Positions 6,853 through 14,022 of a DNA stretch of 50,548 bases are shown here, one piece after another. The stretch spans positions 1 through 50,548 of IMG/VR virus record IMGVR_UViG_3300027852_000049; one strand, 5' to 3'. The notes below the pieces were generated by a model. That model was not told where the DNA came from. It saw nothing but the letters and a program-made list of their open reading frames with translations, and did not search any database. Numbering within the stretch: position 1 is the first letter of the stretch; each line of letters begins with the position of its first letter. A program made the position numbers and the translations under genes. The stretch is from a virus.

Positions 6853-9227
6853 TTGAGCGTATAGCTGCATGGGAACCATTGGCCCAGTATGATCAATTCA
6901 TCTTGCATAACACCGAGAAAGAACCTTTAGACCACAGGACACTACTGCCGGGGAGTCCACATGATCCTGTCAACTGGCTGAGGCTTGATGATGCTATCAA
7001 CATGGCCAACATGTACGATCTTGGTGTTGGTTTTGTAGTTAATGAGGCATGCCCTATACACCTACTTGATATCGATCATTGTGTGGTTGATGGTAAATGG
7101 TCACCACTCGCGTCATCCATGATGAACACGTTGGCGGGTGCTTATTGGGAAGTGTCGATGTCAGGTGATGGTTTGCACTGCCTATTCACGGGTGATGTGC
7201 CTGAACACTCGTGTAAGAATATTAATGAAGGTATTGAGCTTTACACTGAAGGCAGATACGTAGCATTGACTGGCACTAATGCTATGGGTAATGCGATGCT
7301 CGACTGCACCCTTGGTGCCCAGCAGATCGTACAACAATACTTTCCACCCACGTTCGCTAACAATACGACTGATTGGAATACTGAAGCTGTTGAAGGGTGG
7401 GATGGCATACCGGATGACATGCAACTGATCCAACGAATGACCAGTGCTGGCAGTGCTGACGCACGTGCAGCGGCTGCTTTTGGTGGCGACAACCGTAAGG
7501 CAACATTTAATGATTTATGGACGGCTAACGAGCCCGTGCTAGGGTTCAGCTATCCTCATGAATCGAACCCTTATGATCAGTCGTCAGCTGATGCAGCATT
7601 AGCACAACATTTGGCGTTCTGGACAGGCAACAACCACGAGCGTATGAAGCGATTGATGCTTCAATCCGCACTAAATCGTGATAAATGGGACTGGCATAAA
7701 AATTACCTGAACATGACGATCCGAAATGCAGCGGGTCGTCAGAAGGAATTTCATCAACAAACCAATAAACAGGAAGCAGAGTTGGTACCTTGTCAACCTG
7801 TTGAGACAATGCCTATTGACGCTCAGAAGACTGAAGGTCATCAATTTCTAGGGGTTGATCAAGAAATTGAAATGTTCCAAGGCTGTGTGTATGTAGGTTC
7901 AGATCATAAAATACTGACACCCCGTGGGCACTTAATGAAGCAGGATCGATTTAATGCTGTGTACGGTGGTTATGAGTTTACTATCACCGCCGATAATTCT
8001 AAAACTACTAACAAACCATGGGACGCATTCTTACTGAATCAAGCTGTTAATTTCCCGAAGGCTGACCATAAAATTTTCAGACCGGCTTTACCTGCTGGCA
8101 CTATTGTCGATGAGGATGGTCACACAGGGGTTAATATCTATGTGCCGATTGAAACTAAACGAACTAATGATGATATTGCACCCTTCCTCAATCATATGAG
8201 GCTGTTGTTTCCTGAAACGTTGGACTTGAATATTGCACTGTCATACATGGCCAGTTTGGTTCAGAACCCCGGTGTTAAATTTGCATGGTGTCCTGTCATA
8301 CAAGGGGTTGAAGGAAATGGCAAAACATTCCTAATGAAAGTGATGGAATATTGTATTGGCTCACGGTACTGCCATTTCCCTAACGCTGGTGACTTAATAG
8401 GTAACGGCTTTAAATTTAATGGTTGGTTATATGGCACCATCTTTATAGGGTGTGATGAGATCCATACTAATGGTCGGTTTGATGTACTGGAAGGATTGAA
8501 ACCTGTCATCACTAACTTGACCCTTGAATATCAATTCAAAGGACAGGATCAATTTGTGGGTGATAATTTATCCAACTGGATCACATGCACTAATCACAAG
8601 GATGCTGTGCCAGTAAGTCGTAATAACCGACGGTATGCTACTTTTTACACCGGTCAACAAAGTGCTGATGATGTCATGAGGCAGATGGGTGGTGACTACT
8701 TCCCTAAATTGTGGAAATGGTTTAATAACGGTGGTGCAGCAGCTATCAATGGGTATCTCAGAAGTATGAATATTAACCCTAAAGATGACCCCGCAAAAGA
8801 CTGTCAGAGAGCACCGTATACGAGTAGTACTGATGAAGCGATATCAATGTCTATGGGCCGGGTGGAACAAGAAATACAAGAGGCTATTGACCGTGGTGAT
8901 GCTGGATTCCGCAACGGTTGGATATCATCAATTCCACTCACTCGTTTGCTGAAGGAGCATGGCTTTGACAAGTTCATACCCCCTAATAAACGTAAGGCTA
9001 TGCTTGAGACATTAGGTTACGTTCCTCACCCCGCGTTAAAAGATGGACGGGTCAATAACACAATCGTTGCTGAAGATGGCAAAGCGAGGCTTTACGTACA
9101 CCTTGAGCATCCATCAATCGGTATTATTGATCAATCACAAGTGTCACGATTATATGCAGACGCTCAGTCTTACAGCACCGGCCTGAGTATTAATAACCAC
9201 CCCTCGAACTCAAAAGATTGGAGTTAA
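6849..9227 (+). CDS. bifunctional primase-polymerase (AEP) / SF3 (D5/P4-like) helicase
   Basis: AEP motifs LLDIDHC (DxD) and SGDGLHCLF (sGxGxH). Walker A GVEGNGKTF and Walker B IFIGCDEI. Size is 792 aa. GTG start overlaps the upstream stop. Confidence 0.85.
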   Translation: MIERIAAWEPLAQYDQFILHNTEKEPLDHRTLLPGSPHDPVNWLRLDDAINMANMYDLGVGFVVNEACPIHLLDIDHCVVDGKWSPLASSMMNTLAGAYWEVSMSGDGLHCLFTGDVPEHSCKNINEGIELYTEGRYVALTGTNAMGNAMLDCTLGAQQIVQQYFPPTFANNTTDWNTEAVEGWDGIPDDMQLIQRMTSAGSADARAAAAFGGDNRKATFNDLWTANEPVLGFSYPHESNPYDQSSADAALAQHLAFWTGNNHERMKRLMLQSALNRDKWDWHKNYLNMTIRNAAGRQKEFHQQTNKQEAELVPCQPVETMPIDAQKTEGHQFLGVDQEIEMFQGCVYVGSDHKILTPRGHLMKQDRFNAVYGGYEFTITADNSKTTNKPWDAFLLNQAVNFPKADHKIFRPALPAGTIVDEDGHTGVNIYVPIETKRTNDDIAPFLNHMRLLFPETLDLNIALSYMASLVQNPGVKFAWCPVIQGVEGNGKTFLMKVMEYCIGSRYCHFPNAGDLIGNGFKFNGWLYGTIFIGCDEIHTNGRFDVLEGLKPVITNLTLEYQFKGQDQFVGDNLSNWITCTNHKDAVPVSRNNRRYATFYTGQQSADDVMRQMGGDYFPKLWKWFNNGGAAAINGYLRSMNINPKDDPAKDCQRAPYTSSTDEAISMSMGRVEQEIQEAIDRGDAGFRNGWISSIPLTRLLKEHGFDKFIPPNKRKAMLETLGYVPHPALKDGRVNNTIVAEDGKARLYVHLEHPSIGIIDQSQVSRLYADAQSYSTGLSINNHPSNSKDWS

Positions 9228-9229
9228 TT

Positions 9230-9616
9230 ATGAATAATTTAGAAAACTGGTTTGATGATAATTTCAGTGATCAATATGAAGATATCGTCAAGAATGGTTT
9301 TGAAGGTATTACTTATCAGTCAGATTGTGAAGAATTGTTTGATGAGCACTTCGACGATATCAAACAGCTGTTACTTAAAACAACACCCTTCATCAATGAA
9401 AAGACAGAACCTTCCGTTAAAGCAGCATGGTTCAATGTGGCTATAACCATGCTGGCCATGCAGTACGAAAGCCGACAGTTGATAGACTCAATTATCATAC
9501 ATCATAAGGGTGATAGATCGTTAACCGTTAGTGAAATATTAGAGTTATCAGACGGTGATATCACTATTGCTAAAAAAGTATTTGAAATATTAGTTGACAC
9601 CGTTACCGGTAACTAA
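9230..9616 (+). CDS. acidic hypothetical protein
   Basis: GGAG lies 6 nt upstream of the ATG at 9230. By hand count, the first 50 residues hold about 14 D/E versus 3 K/R. Confidence 0.6.
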   Translation: MNNLENWFDDNFSDQYEDIVKNGFEGITYQSDCEELFDEHFDDIKQLLLKTTPFINEKTEPSVKAAWFNVAITMLAMQYESRQLIDSIIIHHKGDRSLTVSEILELSDGDITIAKKVFEILVDTVTGN

Positions 9617-9656
9617 TACACTGGTGTCGAACTTAACGAAACCGAAGGATACTAAA

Positions 9657-9854
9657 ATGAAAACTGATATATCAAAAAATGGCGACGCAGAACTTTCTTT
9701 ACAGGTGTTCAACAATGAGCACCTGTATAACCTACGTCACGATCGTGACGCTTTGGACGATGCCATTAACGAGCACTTCACTTACACGTTCTGTCAGTAC
9801 GGTGTGCTTCTTGCGGATCTTGCCGAAGACTTAGCGGAGATGGAAGATGAGTAG
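9657..9854 (+). CDS. small acidic hypothetical protein (65 aa)
   Basis: AAGGA lies upstream of the ATG at 9657 (MKTDISKNG...). The C-terminus is ADLAEDLAEMEDE. Confidence 0.55.
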   Translation: MKTDISKNGDAELSLQVFNNEHLYNLRHDRDALDDAINEHFTYTFCQYGVLLADLAEDLAEMEDE

Positions 9855-10140
9855 AAAAATTTCAATAGAAGCGGCCCAAGCGTTCCATAGCGGAACACCT
9901 TTTAGCAAAAGTAATACTCACGTTAGAGTGATGGAAGACGGAAGAGTGACCTTGTTGTTATTTAACAATATCATTGCTGTTAGAAATGGTAACGCACTGA
10001 GTGTTACCTTGGCCGGATGGCCAACAGCAGCTACCCGCGAACGGTTGAATGCTCTTGATGGTGTGACTGCTCGTCAGAAAGATGGTTGTCAGTACATTAA
10101 TGGTCTACCAGTGAGTGATCACAGTATGGTGTTGATATGA
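9847..10140 (+). CDS. hypothetical protein
   Basis: 97-aa ORF that overlaps the upstream gene by 8 nt. The motif LAGWPTAATRERLNAL recalls a widespread phage family of unknown function. Confidence 0.6.
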   Translation: MSRKISIEAAQAFHSGTPFSKSNTHVRVMEDGRVTLLLFNNIIAVRNGNALSVTLAGWPTAATRERLNALDGVTARQKDGCQYINGLPVSDHSMVLI

Positions 10141-10343
10141 ATTTAGCAGAACTGACAGACGTGCCAACGTTGCAAGTGATGGTTTCAAAATTATGGATGT
10201 TGCTTGATGAAATTGACACCCTTGATGATGTATGTAAAAGCAATGACGATGCGTTCAGAAACCTCACTAGACATGTGCAACAGAAGAGACATGAAGTTTT
10301 AACAAGTGATGGGTATAACTTAATGGTTAGGAGTGAAAGATGA
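10137..10343 (+). CDS. hypothetical protein
   Basis: 68-aa ORF with ATGA overlaps on both sides. Confidence 0.55.
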   Translation: MNLAELTDVPTLQVMVSKLWMLLDEIDTLDDVCKSNDDAFRNLTRHVQQKRHEVLTSDGYNLMVRSER

Positions 10344-10852
10344 TGAATTTAGAGGAAAAGGCGAAACGATTTGCAACAGAACGACATGAAGCAATTGGGC
10401 AGGTGCGGAAATACACAGGTGAGCCGTACATAAACCACCCTGCTTCGGTTGTTGAGATTGTTCGTGGCGTACCGCATACGGATGCGATGATTGCCGCTGC
10501 ATGGCTGCATGACACGGTAGAGGATACCAAAACAACGCTGACTGAGATTGAAGAGCACTTCGGTGTTGAGATTGCTATGTTTGTGGAGATGCTGACAGAT
10601 GTGAGTAAGCCAGAAGATGGAAACCGTAAGGCTCGAAAGGAGATTGATAGAGCGCACACAGCTTTAGCTATGCCACCAGCAAAGACTATAAAGCTGGCCG
10701 ATCTGATCGATAACTTATCCAGCATAATTGAGCGCGACCCTGAGTTTGCACAGGTGTATTTGCGAGAAAAATCTGCACTGCTTGAGGTGCTTACCGAAGG
10801 CGATAATGCTCTTTGGCAAAGGGTTAGCGACATTATTCGTGATGCGCTATAA
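10340..10852 (+). CDS. RelA/SpoT-type HD-domain protein (small alarmone hydrolase-like)
   Basis: RHEAIGQVRKYTGEPYINHPASVVEIV ... AAWLHDTVEDT ... HFGVEIAMFVEMLTDVSK matches the (p)ppGpp-hydrolase HD domain pattern (H..Q.R....PY..HP..Va ... LHDvvEDT ... fG..va.lV..vT). At 170 aa there is no synthetase domain. Confidence 0.8.
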   Translation: MMNLEEKAKRFATERHEAIGQVRKYTGEPYINHPASVVEIVRGVPHTDAMIAAAWLHDTVEDTKTTLTEIEEHFGVEIAMFVEMLTDVSKPEDGNRKARKEIDRAHTALAMPPAKTIKLADLIDNLSSIIERDPEFAQVYLREKSALLEVLTEGDNALWQRVSDIIRDAL

Positions 10853-10941
10853 CACCCATGCTCAGCGAATCCGCCGGAGCTGCTTGTTGTGCGATTAATT
10901 TTATAGGTATTTGCCACCTTTGACGGCATGGGGAAATGAAG

Positions 10942-11196
10942 ATGACAACTAAGAAGAAAACAATAGAGCAAAAAATTGAAGATGGTATAAGCAAAGCATT
11001 TGATAAGCATCAGCAAGGTACCACTATCTCTGACTGTAATTTTATTGGGGCTAAGTTTGATGAGGCAGCAACAGAAGCTATAACAACTATTGCTGAAGGT
11101 TTATTAGAAAACGCCAAAGCACTTGGTACTCTTGTTCATGTATTAAAGGCATCAAATGTTGAGATAGAGACAATGGTGGAAATTAATGGGTCATAA
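10942..11196 (+). CDS. hypothetical protein
   Basis: ORF MTTKKKTIEQ..., with GGGGA 7 nt upstream of the ATG at 10942. An in-frame ATG at 10936 is too close to the SD. The stop lies in a CATAACGCTTTAAT junction motif. Confidence 0.55.
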   Translation: MTTKKKTIEQKIEDGISKAFDKHQQGTTISDCNFIGAKFDEAATEAITTIAEGLLENAKALGTLVHVLKASNVEIETMVEINGS

Positions 11197-11231
11197 CGCT
11201 TTAATCAAAGAGGCGCTGAACGGAGATGGTA

Positions 11232-11459
11232 ATGAGAGTTAACGTAAAAACATTAAATGAAGTGTTGAAATCGTTGCAGACTCCAAAATTTGAAGGAGAA
11301 GTAACTAAAGCCGCACTAATGAGCAGGCTTGATGAGTTTGACATTGCAGACGATGACAAAGGCGAATTATGTACAAAAACCGAACGGACTATCACTCTAA
11401 TTGCAGCTAGGTACTGCAACGAGGATGGATGCTGGCTTGAGTGGGAGCTTGATTTATAA
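11232..11459 (+). CDS. hypothetical protein
   Basis: GGAG lies 6 nt upstream of the ATG at 11232 (MRVNVKTL...). The stop lies in a TATAACGCTTTAAT junction motif. Confidence 0.55.
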   Translation: MRVNVKTLNEVLKSLQTPKFEGEVTKAALMSRLDEFDIADDDKGELCTKTERTITLIAARYCNEDGCWLEWELDL

Positions 11460-11462
11460 CGC

Positions 11463-11501
11463 TTTAATTCAGTAGCAAATAACCGCTGCTACTGAATTAA
11501 A
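11463..11501 (+). promoter_or_regulatory. perfect 14-bp-stem hairpin (possible weak terminator / RNA element)
   Basis: TTTAATTCAGTAGC (11463-11476), an 11-nt loop, then GCTACTGAATTAAA (11488-11501). The stem is AT-rich and is followed by TTTAAC, which is not a clean U-tract. Confidence 0.4.
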
Positions 11502-11550
11502 TTTAACGACAAAAATCGGAACGGTTATTTGTCAAATGGAGATACTTGTT

Positions 11551-11784
11551 ATGCCTTTATACAAATGTAATGAATGTGGTTGTATTGAAAATACGGCTGT
11601 TGGGTCTTACTGGGGAAAAGAAGAGAAGCTGTGTTCCGAATGTTCAACCGGTGAGTGGCACGGAAAATTTGAAAAAAGAAGCGCTGTTGGCATGCACATC
11701 ACTCGCGCTGGTTTCTTATATGGGGAACCGAATGAGCATCATAATGCAGATTTCAGGACTATAAGAATAGTTGAGGATGCATAA
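11551..11784 (+). CDS. zinc-ribbon hypothetical protein
   Basis: MPLYKCNECGCIENTAVGSYWGKEEKLCSECSTGEWHGKF carries two CxxC pairs. GGAG lies 9 nt upstream of the ATG at 11551. Confidence 0.6.
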   Translation: MPLYKCNECGCIENTAVGSYWGKEEKLCSECSTGEWHGKFEKRSAVGMHITRAGFLYGEPNEHHNADFRTIRIVEDA

Positions 11785-11814
11785 CGCTGTTAGGCGAATT
11801 TAGGAGAAATGAAA

Positions 11815-12105
11815 ATGAATACAGCAAGGATATATAAAGATATTGATGGCAACGATTGCACCATTCAGCAAATGGTTAGAAATGAACCACAATGGGCAGC
11901 AGCTCGTATCCAGCAGGCCGAGAAATATGAAGAGGAACTAAAGCTGTGGTACAGGCAGCAAGGAGCCAGAGCCGGAAGAGACGGTAATGGGCCAAACCAC
12001 GGACACTCAACGGCTGGTGTATGGGATTCTGACAACGGGCGCATTGCAGGACATGATTGCGCTGAATGCACGCTATTTGAAATGGCTAAGGCGTTGAGCG
12101 CCTAA
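11815..12105 (+). CDS. hypothetical protein
   Basis: AGGAG lies 8 nt upstream of the ATG at 11815 (MNTARIYK...). The in-frame ATG at 11809 is too close to the SD. Confidence 0.55.
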   Translation: MNTARIYKDIDGNDCTIQQMVRNEPQWAAARIQQAEKYEEELKLWYRQQGARAGRDGNGPNHGHSTAGVWDSDNGRIAGHDCAECTLFEMAKALSA

Positions 12106-12130
12106 CAAATAACTAAAAGAGGGTGTAAAT

Positions 12131-12307
12131 ATGTCCATTGAAGAGCTCATATCAGAAATTATTAAACTCGCAAAAATACCTGAAGAAATAATTTGCCTTG
12201 ATTGTTTGAACACTTTGCGAACTACAGAGGTTATTTCTAACAATGACAAATGTACTGTGTGCGGAAACAGAATTGATATAAATAATCTTAGTAACATAGA
12301 GGTATAG
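12131..12307 (+). CDS. zinc-ribbon miniprotein (58 aa), below the ORF-track cut-off
   Basis: Hand translation: MSIEELISEIIKLAKIPEEIICLDCLNTLRTTEVISNNDKCTVCGNRIDINNLSNIEV, stop TAG at 12305-12307. GAGGG lies 7 nt upstream. It is co-oriented with all neighbours, so I prefer it over the antisense track ORF 12073..12297. Confidence 0.5.
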   Translation: MSIEELISEIIKLAKIPEEIICLDCLNTLRTTEVISNNDKCTVCGNRIDINNLSNIEV

Positions 12308-12409
12308 AAACTTACTAAGCAACATAACGCCCTAGCTCACTAGTGGGAAGGCGCGAAGCAACTGAGCATCAAGTGCAGCGACTTGTTATACGAAAACGGA
12401 GTAAATACT

Positions 12410-12664
12410 ATGAATAAAAACGAAAATATAAAATATCAACTAAAAACATTAGCCGCTTACTCTCCTGACGACTTGGGTTGCCCAGAGATTGAAGTTATAC
12501 ATGATTTGCAAGAACTCACGTACAGAGCGGCTATTCAGCAATTCGACACAGGTTTTGTAACAAACCTAATGACAACGGGGACCAAAGAGTATGACGCGAT
12601 TCAAGCTGGTGTAAAAATTGGCGAGAAGCTTAGGTCAAAAGTGCTATCTGTTTTTAGCGCATAA
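12410..12664 (+). CDS. hypothetical protein
   Basis: GGAG lies 8 nt upstream of the ATG at 12410 (MNKNENIKYQL...). The stop lies in a CATAACAGCGG junction motif. Confidence 0.55.
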   Translation: MNKNENIKYQLKTLAAYSPDDLGCPEIEVIHDLQELTYRAAIQQFDTGFVTNLMTTGTKEYDAIQAGVKIGEKLRSKVLSVFSA

Positions 12665-12688
12665 CAGCGGTAATAAGCGGAACTATTA

Positions 12689-12850
12689 ATGAAAATTAAG
12701 ATATCAGAATGTTGTAAAGCACCCATGATTTTATTGTGGGGGACCAATGAGAAAATCTGCTGTAAGTGCACAAAAGCGTACCCTTGGGATCTTAAAAAAG
12801 GCGTCAAGAGCGTACTAACTAATAATGTAGGAGGTAAGAATGAAAAATAG
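12689..12850 (+). CDS. Cys-rich miniprotein (53 aa), below the ORF-track cut-off
   Basis: Hand translation: MKIKISECCKAPMILLWGTNEKICCKCTKAYPWDLKKGVKSVLTNNVGGKNEK, stop TAG at 12848-12850. It overlaps the next start. The SD is weak. Confidence 0.4.
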   Translation: MKIKISECCKAPMILLWGTNEKICCKCTKAYPWDLKKGVKSVLTNNVGGKNEK

Positions 12851-13103
12851 TGAATGTGCTGCACGTCAATGTAGTGATCAGATGTATTGTGATAAATGTG
12901 CGCTGGTGTGGGATATGAACGACCCTGAGCCACCTGAATGCTTGAAGCCTAATAAAGTGGCGATGTCCAATAAAGAACGTCAGGCTGCTTTAAAAAAGAA
13001 AAGGAAGGATGCTGGGTTACTCAGAAGCGAATGGTATCTGACTGCTGAGGAGAAGAAGATGGTGAATGGCTACATCGAAGAGATTCGGTCAACTACTGGC
13101 TGA
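12840..13103 (+). CDS. hypothetical protein with Cys-rich N-terminus and basic helical C-terminus
   Basis: A strong AGGAGG lies 5 nt upstream of the ATG at 12840. The protein contains CAARQCSDQMYCDKCALVW and KERQAALKKKRKDAGLL. Confidence 0.65.
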   Translation: MKNSECAARQCSDQMYCDKCALVWDMNDPEPPECLKPNKVAMSNKERQAALKKKRKDAGLLRSEWYLTAEEKKMVNGYIEEIRSTTG

Positions 13104-13168
13104 TCTCTATCTCTATCTCTATCTCTATCTCTATCTCTATCTCTATCTCTATCTCTATCTCTATCTCT
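13103..13168. repeat. perfect hexanucleotide microsatellite (ATCTCT) x11
   Basis: Eleven identical units were counted, starting on the last base of the TGA stop at 13101-13103. Confidence 0.95.
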
Positions 13169-13178
13169 AAAAAAGCCA

Positions 13179-13216
13179 CCCCTACCCCACACTTTTGAAA
13201 GTATCAGGGGTAGGGG
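13179..13216. other. inverted repeat CCCCTACCCC / GGGGTAGGGG with nested ACTTT/AAAGT palindrome
   Basis: 10-bp perfect arms at 13179-13188 and 13207-13216 with an 18-nt loop. The loop contains ACTTT TG AAAGT (13191-13202). An A6 run lies just upstream on the plus strand, giving a T6 run 4 nt after the stem on the minus strand. Confidence 0.7.
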
Positions 13217-13310
13217 GTAAGTTGTTGATTTTAAAGGTGAAAAACCGGTAATTTTAGTGCCACCCCGGATACCCTCCACCTTACCCTATCCCCCCCAGTA
13301 TCCCACCCAC

Positions 13311-13336
13311 CTATCTCTATCTCTATCTCTATCTAT
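13311..13336. repeat. second, shorter (ATCTCT)n array (about 3.5 units)
   Basis: ctATCTCTATCTCTATCTCTATCTAt. It has the same unit and phase orientation as 13103-13168. Confidence 0.9.
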
Positions 13337-13521
13337 ATAATAATACATTTACATTAAAAGTAAGGGGTAGTAAGGGGTATATCTAGGGTAATACTATAAA
13401 AAACAACAAGTTACTGAAAACCCCGGATGGTTAAATATGGCAGGGTAGTAAAGTATTTGACAGGGTATTTTGTGATTATGATAGTATTCGCGTGAACTGT
13501 AAGACTGTGGAGATAGAGATT

Positions 13522-14022
13522 ATGATGACTGGTAGACGTATAAAATTCTGTCAGATCTATGTCGCAAATCATTGTGATAACGCGACGCAAGCGGCCCGTG
13601 ACGCTGGTTACAACGGTGAATATGTCAGTAACGTTGCACATGAGATGTTGAAGAATTTTGAGGTACAGCTGTACATAGAGGAGCTGAAAGCACAAGAAGC
13701 TGCTGTTGCTGGTATTACCCGTGAGTCGGTCCTTGAGGCATTCGGTAAGATTGCATTCAATAACGTGCGTGATATTTTCGATACATCAGGTGGTATACGA
13801 CCTCTTCATGAGATGACCGAAGCAGCGTCGTACGCAATTGAAGGCGTTGAGGTCGTCGCTAACAAACAGGGTGATGACGTTGAATACATACACAAAATCA
13901 AGACAGCGAAGAAACTGGACGCACTGAAAGAACTCGGTAAGCACTTCAACATCTACGAGGATCACCAAGCTTCCAACGGTACAATGGTTGTAAACTTCGA
14001 CGGTAAGTTTGCTAATGTTTGA
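13522..14022 (+). CDS. terminase small subunit (Terminase_2 / P27-like)
   Basis: RRIKFCQIYVANHCDNATQAARDAGYNGEYVSNVAHEMLKNFEVQLYIEE matches the small-terminase HTH pattern (f..eYl...Nat.Aa..AGYs...a...g..ll.n..v...i). GGAG lies 9 nt upstream of the ATG at 13522. The gene sits immediately upstream of terL. Confidence 0.8.
   Translation: MMTGRRIKFCQIYVANHCDNATQAARDAGYNGEYVSNVAHEMLKNFEVQLYIEELKAQEAAVAGITRESVLEAFGKIAFNNVRDIFDTSGGIRPLHEMTEAASYAIEGVEVVANKQGDDVEYIHKIKTAKKLDALKELGKHFNIYEDHQASNGTMVVNFDGKFANV

Noticed and set aside
7555-7580. GGTTCGATTC-like string on the minus strand, considered as a tRNA T-arm
   Set aside because: The flanking bases cannot form the T-stem and no acceptor or anticodon arms could be built. 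It lies inside the primase-helicase coding sequence. I found no convincing tRNA anywhere by eye, though a tRNAscan run would be the proper test.
10327-11016. 229-aa minus-strand ORF, the longest antisense ORF in the rightward unit
   Set aside because: It lies antisense to the motif-verified HD hydrolase gene and to the next plus-strand ORF. It has Ser/Cys/Ile-rich low-complexity composition, no SD and no co-oriented neighbours. It is most likely a chance open frame.
12073-12297. 74-aa minus-strand ORF in the miniprotein island
   Set aside because: The same DNA encodes a plus-strand 58-aa zinc-ribbon ORF (12131..12307) with a GAGGG SD, co-oriented with every neighbour. The antisense ORF has no ribosome-binding site.
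13070-13279. 69-aa minus-strand ORF encoding (RD)n
   Set aside because: It is simply the translation of the ATCTCT microsatellite plus the C-rich spacer. It has no start context and no coding-like sequence outside the repeat.
13457-13487. TTGACA at 13457-13462 as the -35 of a late promoter in front of terS
   Set aside because: The best -10-like hexamers are at poor spacing: TATGAT at 14 nt and TAGTAT at 19 nt. I do not report it as a feature, though an activator-dependent promoter here remains possible.
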